63,957 nt of DNA, filler included, from Octopus bimaculoides (GCF_001194135.2; 5 parts of 5 records of this genome joined end to end with filler, not necessarily neighbours in it), one strand, 5' to 3'. Positions 36,675 to 49,233 are shown, numbered from the whole stretch's first letter. Program-made: numbers and translations. The notes: generated by a model from the letters alone, not told the origin.

Positions 36675-37513
36675 GTTGTTGTTGTTGTTGTTGTTGCTGG
36701 TGTCAAAAGAATTTAGAAACCTGAAGATCGTGAAATAATTCTCTTTTTTTTTTTCGGAACTGAGAATCTCAAAGTGGATAAAGCTACAAATAATAGCGTG
36801 TAAATATTGGGTTTAAAATACCTTTTGGATAGAAAAAGTCGAAGGCTAGCCATGANNNNNNNNNNNNNNNNNNNNNNNNNNNNNNNNNNNNNNNNNNNNN
36901 NNNNNNNNNNNNNNNNNNNNNNNNNNNNNNNNNNNNNNNNNNNNNNNNNNNNNNNNNNNNNNNNNNNNNNNNNNNNNNNNNNNNNNNNNNNNNNNNNNNN
37001 NNNNNNNNNNNNNNNNNNNNNNNNNNNNNNNNNNNNNNNNNNNNNNNNNNNNNNNNNNNNNNNNNNNNNNNNNNNNNNNNNNNNNNNNNNNNNNNNNNNN
37101 NNNNNNNNNNNNNNNNNNNNNNNNNNNNNNNNNNNNNNNNNNNNNNNNNNNNNNNNNNNNNNNNNNNNNNNNNNNNNNNNNNNNNNNNNNNNNNNNNNNN
37201 NNNNNNNNNNNNNNNNNNNNNNNNNNNNNNNNNNNNNNNNNNNNNNNNNNNNNNNNNNNNNNNNNNNNNNNNNNNNNNNNNNNNNNNNNNNNNNNNNNNN
37301 NNNNNNNNNNNNNNNNNNNNNNNNNNNNNNNNNNNNNNNNNNNNNNNNNNNNNNNNNNNNNNNNNNNNNNNNNNNNNNNNNNNNNNNNNNNNNNNNNNNN
37401 NNNNNNNNNNNNNNNNNNNNNNNNNNNNNNNNNNNNNNNNNNNNNTATATATATTCGTTTTTGTATTTGGTTTGCAAGATACTTTATGTGAATTCGTATG
37501 TCGAAGCATATTT

Positions 37514-37743
37514 TATTGTGTCTGAGGAGAGTCATTCTCTTTTAGTGCCTTATTACTTAACACACTAACTGGTTCGATTTCAACTCAAAGAATTATTTGT
37601 TTTTCCGAAAATTTTCGTTACTTCTTGCAATCTCTTCAATAATCGTTGACTCTGTCTGTTATCAGAGCTGCATTCTTTTTGTTTGTATGTTTTTGCGCAT
37701 GTGTGTGCATCAGTGTGCATGTGCATACACATATGTATGTATG

Positions 37744-37789
<46 letters not shown>

Positions 37790-39094
37790 TCTATCCATCT
37801 GTTTACTTACATATCCATTTACCTACATATATATATGTATGCGTCTACATAACAGCCACCTAACAACTCTACCTGTGTATATATAAACTGTGGGTATTGA
37901 GGTATGACTACCTTCTACGTATATTTCCTATTTAGTACTGGGTATGTTTCATTTATGAGGACTACTCTTGTATTTATCTGAGTGTTGAGTCCTGCGGGTG
38001 CTTGGATAAAATGCGGATGTCAAATTGACACGGTGTGCCTCCATGCTGGTCTTTGGCATGTTGGTAGAGTATGGAAGACTGTTTTTCGTCGTCATATTGT
38101 CTCAAATGTCCATTTAGTCTCTCCGCAACACTTCTAGATGTCGCACCTAGGTATTTCATGTTCTTGTCTTTACAAGCACCCTCTATGTACCTTATACTGT
38201 AGACTGCATTTCTAGTTCTACAGTTAATACCAGGGTTAATCTTACATACCATGTAATTATCACTGGTGCATGTGGTATTCTCAAAGGGGTACGTTCTACA
38301 TAGTTGTGATCTGATTGAGCTCCCTGATTTTTCAACGATCTTAATGTTGAGTTTGGCCTCCTTCAGAGCTTTCGTGAATCTTCGAGCTAGTTCTCCATGG
38401 GCTGTGACCTCTACAAACATCATTCCTTGATATTTGTCGGTCTTGTACCACGTGTTCACCCTGTTTGCTTTGTCACAAACTCTTTATATCCTATTCCAAT
38501 CTTTACTTCTATATCTATGCAGGAACCACTGGCTTCATTACATATAATGCAATCTAACTTCTTTCTAGCTCCCCTGTCCCTGTGGTGCAACTTCTCTCAT
38601 GCTACTGTTGTTGCATGGTCTGGACATAGTTCTGCGGGTTGTCGACAGTCTGTCAGACTTGTCCGTAGGGAGGCACACTAATTCGCTGTTCCTAATTCGC
38701 TGTTTCAGTTTTTGTAGGCCATTGGCAACAGATGAACCGAGTTAGTGGGTCTCCCCCTCATTATGTTTTTTAGTGGTTTTGTTGTACCCGTCTAAGATGT
38801 GTCGGAGTCTATTTCAAGCTAAGGAAATCTTTGCCTCTGTCTCACTGTCAGTCTGTGGTGGGATACATACCCTTTGTTGAAGGGTAAGTCTGTGGGGTAG
38901 ATCCTTGTCATGTCGTATGATTTGTTGTTGGGATTATAGAAGACAGAGTGTAGAATGCCACTGGTGTTAATATCGTTGTAGTTGTTGTTGGTATGGCTGC
39001 TGGCATTGTTGTTGCAGCGATAGTAACACCAATAGCACAATAGTGTGTTAAGTAATAAGGCACTAAAAGAGAACAACTCTCCCCAGACACAATA
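37514..39094 (-). mobile_element. Internally deleted Penelope-like element (N-terminal domain fused to GIY-YIG region) bounded by 54-bp inverted repeats
   Basis: Minus strand: YNPNNKSYDMTRI-PTDLPFN...GLQKLKQRIRNSELVCLPTDKS (about 39000-38650), then YRSKDWNR...WYK...PFENTTC...NAVYSI...KYLGATSRSVAERLNGH...LYQHAKDQHG (38520-37910). 37514-37567 and 39041-39094 are inverted copies (51/54). Confidence 0.82.
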
Positions 39095-39231
39095 TTATAT
39101 TTATATATATATATACACACATTATATATATNNNNNNNNNNNNNNNNNNNNNNNNNNNNNNNNNNNNNNNNNNNNTTAATTAATTAANNNNNNNNNNNNN
39201 NNNNNNNNNNNNNNNNNNNNNNNNNNNNNNN

Positions 39232-39333
39232 TGGAGCCTGGTGTTGCCATCCGGTTTCACCAGTCCTCAGTCAAATCGTCCAACCCATGCTAGCATGGAA
39301 AGCGGACGTTAAACGATGATGATGATGATGATG

Positions 39334-39340
<7 letters not shown>
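39232..39340 (+). mobile_element. RTE-clade LINE extreme 3' end
   Basis: Reverse complement of 11063-11170, with a (GAT)n tail. Confidence 0.88.
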
Positions 39341-39364
<24 letters not shown>

Positions 39365-39384
39365 CACACACTATATAAAACGAT

Positions 39385-39735
39385 AAACGTCGTCCTTTCA
39401 AAGCCTAGCCAGGCTCATGGGCCTGGTTTCCCGGTTTCTATGGCATATGTATTCCCCCCAACTGGACGGGACGCCAGTCCATCACAGCATTACTCAAGAA
39501 ACAGTGAGAGAAAGTTGAGGCGAAAGAGTACAACAGGGGTCGCCACCACCCCCTGCCAGAGCTTCATGGAGCTTAGGTGTTTTCNNNNNNNNNNCGCCAC
39601 CACCCCCTGCCAGAGCTTCATGGAGCTTAGGTGTTTTCGCTCAATAAACACTCACAACGCCCAGTCTGGGAATCAAAACCGTGATCCTCTGACCACGAGT
39701 CCGCTGCCCTAGCCGCTGGGCCATTGCACCTCCAC
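39385..39735 (-). mobile_element. SINE with the family C tRNA-like head and an alternative tail
   Basis: The head matches 51982-52150; the tail differs. Confidence 0.82.
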
Positions 39736-40229
39736 ACACACACTATATACATATATGTATATCAATAATTGCATTCAATAGTAGAGCTCTGGTTTGGCTC
39801 CAGGGTATTGAAAAGTGTGGAACTACCTCTTAGTCATTATTGTTCCCAGGTCTAGTCTGACCTAGAGTTGTAGCACATGTCAGGGTTCCAGCTATTGGTT
39901 AATTAGCATATTATGACTTGCCTATGTGTGCATATGAAGACTGGACCTGGTGGATTTGACAAAAACCTTCATGATTCAACAGAGGGGAAGACAGCTGCAG
40001 CAATGCATTGTGGAGTGCAGAGCACAAGACAAGGCAAGTAAGATATCTTGCTCATCCACTGCATCTGTCTCTATCTCCACTACCTGACAAGATAGTCACA
40101 GATGAGAGAGTGAGGCTGGTGATGTACAACTCTTCTCCACCATTCCAGGCATTCTGTCACCTCTAAGGGTGACTAGTTGGCCCTCATTACTTCAACTGGT
40201 AAACATATATATATATATATATATATATA

Positions 40230-42235
40230 CTAGTTGAAATGCAGTTGTCAAAGCAAAAGCTTTTGGATTATTGTTGTAGTGAATTTATATTACAAAAAAA
40301 ATCAGTAAAGCTTCTTTGTAAACAATGTTGTTTGTTTTCCCTTGTGAAACACACATTTAGAGGTCATTTATTTGCTCTGATTCATGAGGCATTAATATAT
40401 AATAGACACTAGGACAAGAAGAATTTTCCTGTTGTAATCCAACACCTTTAATGTTTGCCTTTGGAATTCATTGATGGATATGACAAAACTTATACTAATG
40501 GGGAAATGCAGACTTTTAAAATGGAAATAATTGGAACTGCCTGTCAATATTGTTGCTTAACCCTTTAGTGTTTAAACCGGCTACATCCGGCCCAAATATT
40601 CTACTCATTTTATGCCCGCCCAAACTGGCCAGAACCAATATCTCACATCTACCCTGCAATGTCATTCTAAAAATAAACAATTACATCTCTCAAATCTTGA
40701 AGTTACAAGATAATACCAGATTAATTTTTTAAAGTGTACATGAATAAGGATTACTTTTGACATTAATTTGAACACTAAAGGGTTAAATCACATATGAGGT
40801 CAAATGATTGACTACTAACTTTATGTTATTTCACAAACATGGGGAAATTCAAGTTCTTAAGAAGAAGAATTGAAATCTTCTTTTCAGTATGATTCTGTCA
40901 TATGATACACCAGATGGATTCAACCTTTTAAGAAAATCATTGGATCAGTCAACAATTTCTTTTTGCCAAAACCACAATCTACAAATTTATACCAAATTTC
41001 ATCACTGAGAATCTGTTAAATAACTTGTTTTTTGATCATATTAAAAACCTGGATGGTTGGAGTAAATATTTCTCTTTTATAGTCACAATTGTGATAGTTG
41101 TGTTGAAAGTTAGGAAAGACTTTGGTTTTCAGCTTATCAATTGATGATGTATATCTTGATCTTTGATCAAGTAGAACAATCCTTTCTCCAAGTTTCAAAT
41201 GTCTTGTAGCAAAACCAGCTGAGTGTTTTGTTTTTGTTTTTTTTTTGTTTTTTAACAGGGAGTGGGGTTATTAATATAAGATCTCTTGTTTCAGTTTATT
41301 AACATGCCTCCATAAATGTGATGGCATCAAGCAACTTCTGGTTTAATCAACTCTTTTTTACCTTTTGAAATAAATAGAAGTGTCTGATATAAGTCTTCTA
41401 CTGTGACTAACTGTTACTCTACCAAAAAAAACATTTGTTCCTCAAATAACTCTTTGAGCCCAATACGAAGCCTTGAAGACATTTTGAGACATAATGCTCT
41501 TGTTCCAAATTCTCACACAACACTGTTTTAGCATTTCTGCCATTTCTGTTATTTTGCTAATGTTACATCAAGGTGAGGTTTGATAGTAGCCTGAATACAC
41601 TATAAGTTGTTTTGCCTCAAGGCAGTAAAGTTGTTCCAATACTTGAAGATGCAATAACCATTATTATTTTCCCTAAATTTTCTTACTTCAGCCAGCAATA
41701 GGTTGATCACAAAGGGTTTTGCTGTTCCAGATGCATCAAGAAAGAATATTTTTGTTGTGAATATGGGCAATAATTTTTGATCATCAAGTAGCTTAAACAT
41801 ACTTTCAGCCACAAAAAGAGTTGGCATTTAACCTCTTTTAGTGGTTGATCCACTTGAAACTGGTTAACCTAAGGCAAGCCATATTTATGCAAGTCATATT
41901 TACTCACTGCCAATATTTTGTCCTCAAAAAGCAGTTAGAGCCATGACATCACTGAAATCAATGACAAAATTAGGATTTTGTCACTGTATTTGATACTCAT
42001 AATTTTTAGATAGGTCTTCTCTAAATTTTAGCCACAAGTCAGTGAAAGATGACAGACCACTGTATTTACAAAAAAAAAAACTCAAGGAGGTTTCACTGCT
42101 TCCATTGTTATTTCTGCCTACTGACCATCATTTACCAGTAGGCTTCACCTGGAACATGCTTCCTTTATGTGGCACAAAGGTGATCATTCACTGTTTGAAG
42201 ATTGTCAAATGATTTTTGGTTCACTGGCTTCATGT
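40230..42235 (-). mobile_element. Helitron 3' portion: PIF1-type helicase relic through to the CTAG terminus
   Basis: Decayed motifs SFDNLQTVNDHLC, FFLDASG-TAKPFVINLLL, IASSSIGTTLLP, LNPSG, VI*ATILTG, FPISISFVISIN, KTNNIVYKEAL. The terminus CTAG|T is at 40233-40229. Confidence 0.85.
40561..40782. mobile_element. piggyBac-type MITE, 222 bp
   Basis: TTAA TSDs at 40557-60 and 40783-86. TIRs ccctttagtgtttaaa / tttgaacactaaaggg (15/16). A related right end is at about 1565-1618. Confidence 0.92.
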
Positions 42236-42600
42236 AAGATGGTTTGACCAGAGCTGGCAGCACCAGACTCCAGTTTGATTTGGCATGGTTTCTATGGTCG
42301 GATGCCCTTCATAATGCCAACCACTTTACAGAGAGTGTGTTGGGTGCTTTTACATGGCACTGTACAGGTGCTTTTATGTGTCATGACAGTTGCTTTTACA
42401 TGGAACCACATGGGTGCTTTTATGTTTTACCACACAGGCACATTTATGTGGCACCATACAGGCATAATTATGTAGCACCTAATGGGCGCTTTTATGTGGA
42501 ACAGCATAGGAGCTTTTACATGACACCACACAAGCACTTTTATATGACACCACACAGGCAGTTTTACATGGCACTGCACAGACACTTTTATGTTAGTAAT
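42235..42600 (-). mobile_element. Old RTE-type 3' end with short internal repeats
   Basis: ggatgcccttcataatgccaacc motif and repeated ttttatgtggcacc-like units. Confidence 0.7.
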
Positions 42601-42619
42601 TTAGAAAAGTATTTTTTAC

Positions 42620-44100
42620 TTTATTTTATTACTCATACTTGTTTGAAACATAAGCTTTTATTTCTTGTCGATGCATTGAATAATTTCTCTTTTTTAATGT
42701 TGCTTTGTGAAAAAAACAATAATTCACACGAATATGATCTTGAAAATTGAATCAAAACAAAGTTATTTTAGGTTCTTCTCTGAGGGAAAGCCAAAACCTT
42801 TTTAAGATATGGATCTTCATATTTAATTTTTAGTCCACAATTACTGGATATAACTCCCAAGTGTTCTTTGGACAATTCCATACCAATATGAGTGGGAGAT
42901 TCCATAAAGGAGTTTCAAATTGAGACATTTTTAAGCATCTTTAGTAGTATAAAATAAAAGTTGAAGTTCTCTTCTAAAGTTGTAAAATGCTCACCTACGA
43001 TTGGAGTTGTTTCCTTTGTATTATTTTATTTACTAAAGGAAACATTTCAAAATACCATATCTAGTTTTTCTTTTCTATACCACTATTTTTTCCTGAAATG
43101 TTGTTAGTTTAACTACAGATTTGAGAATACCATTGTTTCAACTATGCATGTTCAGGTTGCTAAGGTACTCAAATATGCTTGTAAATAATTTTGAGTCAGA
43201 AATCATCCCAAATTCACATTGAAGATATTCATAAAAGTGTTTATGATTTACTTCTTCAAATAATGCAAGTTCTCAGGATTCCTGTGCACAGTAGAACACT
43301 TACCCTCTTGACAGCCATCGTATTTCTATATTCAAAGGTAAGCATCTGCACTGCAAACTTATGTGAATATAAATGCTTTCAAACAAATGTCTTGAATTGT
43401 CTGCTTTTAATAAAATTAACCACTTTAACAATTTAATTTAAAATATGTTTCAACACAACTTGCAATGTTTTTGCAATCAAGCTTCTCTATATAGAAAGCA
43501 AAGAGTTATAACAGCCCTCAGATTTAACAGCTTTACAAGTTATATTAGTCTCTTCATACAGCCTACCACAGTGGGGAACTCCACCAATACAAATATCAAG
43601 ACATTACTTCCATGTAAATTCACATTTTCCTAAGTAGTTATTTAAAGTATGGAAGTGTCGTCATCTTTTGTAGTACTAAGTACTTATTTGCAACAAAAAA
43701 CTGATTTGTTCTTTGATCATTGATAGACATAATGCCAATTGCTGCAATGTGTTAGTAATTTCTGTTAACTCATCAACTTGAAGGCAAAATTTCAATATTG
43801 AAGATTATCATGTCATACATTTTCCTCAATGTCAGCTGACAATTCTAAAATGTGCCTATGAATTATTATAAATTTGAGAAAATAATTTTATTTATTGCTT
43901 ATTGTGTTTAATCTTGCAGTGTTTTCTTTCTGCAAACAGACAAAATAAATTACTCTCCCAAAATGTATAAGACTTTATTTTGAGGACAACCATTTCAGAT
44001 ATTTCTTAAAGAAATAATTTTAGCATTTTCATAAATAATTATTTTAAGACTACTTATCTGCTTTGTTTACTGTTCTGACAACCTTTTATGAAATATGATT
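42620..44100 (-). mobile_element. hAT (Buster/Charlie-like) transposase relic
   Basis: Minus-strand motifs LQVDE (about 43770-43790), CLDICIGG (CTDGA-like), NFIKSR, EIRWLSRG (43303-43326) and SYSCE near the C-terminus, with many stops and frameshifts. Confidence 0.85.
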
Positions 44101-44825
44101 CTTTTCCTTTAAAATAGGAGTGTTTAGTTTTGAAATGCTTTTTTAATTGCTTAGAAGCATCAGTTTATCATTTTCTAGCTAAATACAAATCACAGTGGTA
44201 AAGGCTGAACTTCATTTGCAATATGATAAAAACTAAAGTTTAAATTGCTTTTGCAATTAGGTTGAGTTTTAAGATTATGGCCATGGGAATTAGCTGCATT
44301 TAAAGCAAGCTCATTGTTTGATTCATACTCATCACACTATATTATTTAGAAATATATACTAGGTGTTATCAGAGAGTTTCTAAACTGCATAAGTTGTTGC
44401 CAATCAATGCTTATTTGTAACCACCCTACCATGTCAGTTTACAAATAGGTATCATGCTATCTATTTCTGTTCAATTATTGACTTTTGTAACATTGTGCTA
44501 AAATGGCTCTATGAATCTTATGATAGCTAACAAATTTGAGCAGTATATCTGCATCAGTTTTTGTACAAAACTGTGGGGTTTCACAGCTAATAAATTATGT
44601 GTGTGTGTGTATGTGTGTTTAACCTCTATATACAGTTTCAGCTGTGAAACATTCCCTTGTTCAGCTGCTTACTGGTGATCACAATGATTTCGGAACCTTC
44701 CAATAGTATTTCTTCCTCCAGCAGTGCAAAGCAACTTATTGCCACCAAGTGAAAGCCCAAATTTTTTTCTGTCCTATATCATAACATTTTTTATGATGTC
44801 CACATATCTCTGTAATATGGGGGTC

Positions 44826-44996
44826 ACTAAGAAAATTGGTGCAAACAAATGGTTTATAAAAGCCATGCAAACTATATACAGAGGTACGGTCAGCAAGGTG
44901 AGGGTTACCAACAAGTTCAGTAAGGAATTAAACATACCAATAATTGTTCTTAACCACTTAGTTTTCAGCCTATTCTTGCATATTATAGTCCTCTAG
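44826..44996 (+). mobile_element. RTE-clade RT fragment
   Basis: KKIGANKWFIKAMQTIYRGTVSKVRV...LFLHIIVL resembles the RTE RT region before the QG motif. Confidence 0.65.
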
Positions 44997-45879
44997 TCTT
45001 CTAGTCAACAATAAAGAATCTCAAGACTGTGCATGTGTTTTATTGATAATCACCAATCAGTAACAAGTATGGCTGTGTTATTAAGAAACTATTTTTGACT
45101 AAGAGGTTTTAGTCCCGCTGTACAGCATCTTAGACAAATGTTTTCTACAATAGCTTTGAGTCAACAATAGTCTCAAGTCAACCATAGCCTCAATCAACTA
45201 TTGCTTTGGGTCAACCATAACCTCAAGTCAACCAGATTTTCAGGTCAACCATTGCTTTGGATCAATCAGCCTTGTAAGAGAAACTTGACAGCTGTAAACT
45301 TTGTGAAAGTTTGTTGGAGGAACTGTTTCTGTTCTTAGATAGTTGTCTTAAATTGTCACCCTGCTTAACACCACTACCTTGTCTTTGGGTGCCTTTAGCA
45401 AAGCCCTGATCTAATAGTGAGGTCATTCATTCTTTGAAATGTCAGAGGCCCTAAAAAAGGATGAGACATGTCATTGCTCCTCCAACCCAGTATTAAAGTA
45501 AATATTCTAAACATGTTATCGAAAGAGCAGCTTACACTGTAAATTGGACCAACTTTCTCTTCAAAGATACTCAAATGACTAACTAAGGGAAGATAAAATT
45601 TAAATTTATAATAATGGTTTCAAATTTTTCCACAAGGGCAGCAATTTGTGGGGGGAGGAATGAGTCGATTACATCAACCCCAGTGTTTAACTGGTACTTA
45701 TTTTATCAACCCTGAATGGATGAAAGGCAAAGTTGACCACGGCAGAATTTGAACTCAGAAAGGAGCAACAGGCAAAATACCACTAAGCATTTTGTCCAGC
45801 ATGCTAATGATTCTGCCAGCTCACTGCCTAAAGTTAATAATAACAATGATAATAATAATAATAATAATGATAATAATTC

Positions 45880-46332
45880 AAAATTTTCTGGGATTTTCCT
45901 ATCCAAACAGATAAGAAGCTAAAATATAACCGACCAGACATAACAATAATAGACAAAGTAACTTGAAGCTGCTTACTAATTGATACATCATGCCCATTTG
46001 ATTCTAAGATTGTAAAGAAAAAGAATGAAAAACAATATATATATATAATCCCTTCAAATTTGAAATTGCAATAATCTGGTGTATGAAAACTGTAAATACA
46101 GATATAGACAGATGGTTGAAGGAGATTGGAATAGGGTATCTTGTAAAGCTTCTACAGAAAGTTTGCCTTTTAGGGACAGGAAAGATTATCAAGAGGGTTT
46201 TAAGCACTTAAAAGATTATTGAAAGCCTAAGGTTAAAGGTAGTGGATACCTAAGGTTAAACGTAGTAACCCATTACCCACATAAATTATACCAGAAATCA
46301 GAATGAACCTGAGTCAAATCAATAATAATAAT
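45880..46332 (+). mobile_element. 5'-truncated R4/Dong-like element: restriction-like endonuclease domain, 3'UTR and (AAT)n tail
   Basis: KIFWDFPIQTDKKLKYNRPDITIIDK...LIDTSCP...LQKVCLLGTGKIIKRVLST* (stop 46209-46211). Confidence 0.85.
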
Positions 46333-47234
46333 GTTCTTGAATAGGGCACTGTTAATATTTGAAATAATCAAACTCTGAATATTTGCAAAGACTATTACTA
46401 CAATGTGTACAAGCCCATCTCAACCATATATAAGGCCAGACAAAACAGATAAATGTTCAAGGTATGAGGAAGAGGCATGCTTCAGTAGGTTCTGGTGAAC
46501 CTTGTGGTGTGCAATCAATTGAGGCACTTGGTATTGAATTGATGTTTTTCTTCTTCCTTTTTTTTCTTTCTTTCTTCCTCTTTTTCTTTCTTTCTTCCTC
46601 GTTTTCTTTTTTCTCTTTTTCTTTCTTTCTTCGCTCATGTTTGTGTTTTCTTCAGTTTTGGATTTGCATTTTAATGTGGCTTTGTATAGTATATGTATCA
46701 TACATGTTATAATCCAATAAAATATGTAATTGTTTCATTTATAAATAAATCATCATTTTACACGAAGAACAAGAATATAAAAGCAGTTTCAAGAATTACT
46801 TTTTTTCAGAATTCGGGGATAATTTTAAAAACGGTATTAACTAGTAAGATCTTCAGTACATTTATCATTTTAAATTTTATTGTATTCTAAGTTATTTTAA
46901 GCCAATTGAAAGAGACTACTAAATAATCGCAACCTAAGGAAAACAAATTTTAAATTATCTTTTCAAATTTTTAAACAAGTGAAACAGTTGTATATAATTA
47001 ATAACTAATATAAACCAAAGGATATATTACTTGTAAATTTAAGAATTTACAAAATATTAATTCTGATTTCACTTACTCTAAAACGTAAGATCGCCTTAAT
47101 TTTTCAATAATTTAATCTTTTATTTTTTATTTTTATCCATCTATCTTTTCGTGCTCAAATAAAGATTAAAAAGAAATCTTAAATATGAGGAATCAACATT
47201 TTGTTGCTTCACGTTAAGTTGAGAGTTATCTACC

Positions 47235-47310
47235 CTTATCCTACTGCGCATGATATTGTTGATAGGTGACGCCATCATAGTGATAGTTTACACTTCCGTC
47301 GTTTACCTTA
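47235..47310. promoter_or_regulatory. Candidate housekeeping-type promoter motif cluster
   Basis: TGCGCATG 47245-52 (NRF1-like), CGCCAT 47270-75 (YY1-like) and ACTTCCG 47292-98 (ETS) lie in non-repetitive CpG-retaining DNA. No linked coding exon was found. Confidence 0.35.
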
Positions 47311-49003
47311 ACTACTGTCCTCGTGAAACTATGTCAATCAATCGACGAGGTCTGTCATATTTTAAAACATTATCCACCCCCACTCGTTATGTTTGTTGAG
47401 CTTTTTCTTTTTGCACACTTTTACCTGTTTATCTTTTTCACACTTTTCAATCATGTTTTTTCCTTCTATGTTTCGTCATTAAAGTCGTCATTGTGCATTC
47501 ATATATATATATATATATATATATANNNNNNNNNNTATATATATATATATATATATATATAGTTTCTTCTAAAATTAAGAATATGTACCTCATTGTTTTG
47601 ATTTTCGCTGTTCTTCCACGTGACGATTTGTTTTCTGATATTTTTAATTTTTTTTTTTTAATTTACCTGACTTGGCGAATTTTATAGAAATATTCTTTAA
47701 ATTGTCAATTCAAATTATTATTGTCTCACTTTCTTTCAGAGCGCGCTATCCTAAAACTATTTCTCCTAACTTTGTAGTTATTTTCTCCTCCTACTACGTT
47801 TTATGTCATTGGCGTTTTGTTTGTTTACAACAACTGTTTTGTGTAGTTTCTGTTACTAAGACGTGTATAGATTAACTGTCGACTCAGCAGAGGTACTTTG
47901 TTTACATGTCTCACTATCACTATGTAAATATAATTGAAATGATGTTTACAGAACTTATTTGAGCAAGGTAGATCATTTTGTAGCTTGTCTATTTGTGTGT
48001 GTGTACATATAAATATATATACGCACACGTGTGTGTGTATGTATATGTGTGTGTGTGAGTGAATGAATGAATGACAGATGTGAACGCAGAAAATAAAGGT
48101 TTGTTTCCTCACTGAAATTATACCTTATAAATTGATATTGGTATGTACCTGATCTAACACTAATTCTAAAACGTATTAGTTGCCAGTATGTGTGTGTGTG
48201 CGAATTCACCTTTTTTTTTTTTTTTTTTTTTTTTTCTATCATGTTAAATTCCGATATAATCGTAATCTACACACTCTGAAAGGTATCACTGAAAAGTACC
48301 CATTTTTCTGAAAGTTATTGGGAAACAAAGCTGGCTTTTGTGAATTTCCCAAACACCTCTCTCCATCCGCAGAAAAAAGTTTTTCTTTTCACAGATTCCC
48401 ATATAATTAGAATGTACTCCATTTGAAGCGTATTTGTAGAAAATTTTATTTTAAAAAAATCTCCATTTGTCTGGAAGTTATAAGGCAACAAAATCGGTGG
48501 GGGTGGGGNNNNNNNNNNNNNNNNNNNNNNNNNNNNNNNNNNNNNNNNNNNNTTAATTAATTAANNNNNNNNNNNNNNNNNNNNNNNNNNNNNNNNNNNN
48601 NNNNNNNNTATATATATATATATATACAAATATATATATACATATATATCTATACATATATATATATAAGTATATAAATGTGTGTGTGTATAAAAATATG
48701 TGTGTGTGTGTGTATGTATATATGTATGATGCATGCACGTATTTATAAACTTTTTTTTATATGTCAGTGCGTTTATGTTTTATACCATTTGTTTTCATTA
48801 ACTGTCATCATCATTATCATCATCATCATCATCATCAACATCATAATCATCGTTGTTGTTCTTGTTTATTTTTATTTTTTGTCTACTACTGTTACTACTT
48901 GTACAGAGAGTAGTTATATTAGTGGTAGTTACTGTTATTGTTCCGTTGAATGTACATAGGGTTCTCGTTCCTGTTACTATTATTATCATTATTGTTATTA
49001 TTA

Positions 49004-49058
<55 letters not shown>

Positions 49059-49200
49059 GTTTCCACTATTGTATTTTAGTCACTGTTTTTATTTCCTTCC
49101 ATTTTGGTATTTCTTTGGGGGTTTTTTCTTTTGTTTTTTTTTGCATAAGTCACACCACACTATTATAATAAATTCTGAGTGATGGTTTTCTTCGCCTCGT

Positions 49201-49233
<33 letters not shown>

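Noticed and set aside
37518-37545. Hammerhead in the inverted repeat (gtgt-CTGAGGA-gagtcattctc)
   Set aside because: Stem II is followed by TTTTAG rather than GAAA, so the core is incomplete.
28310-42235. The two Helitron pieces as one ~14-kb element
   Set aside because: On the minus strand the helicase/3' end lies upstream of the 5' end. They also differ in decay and are separated by an artificial join.
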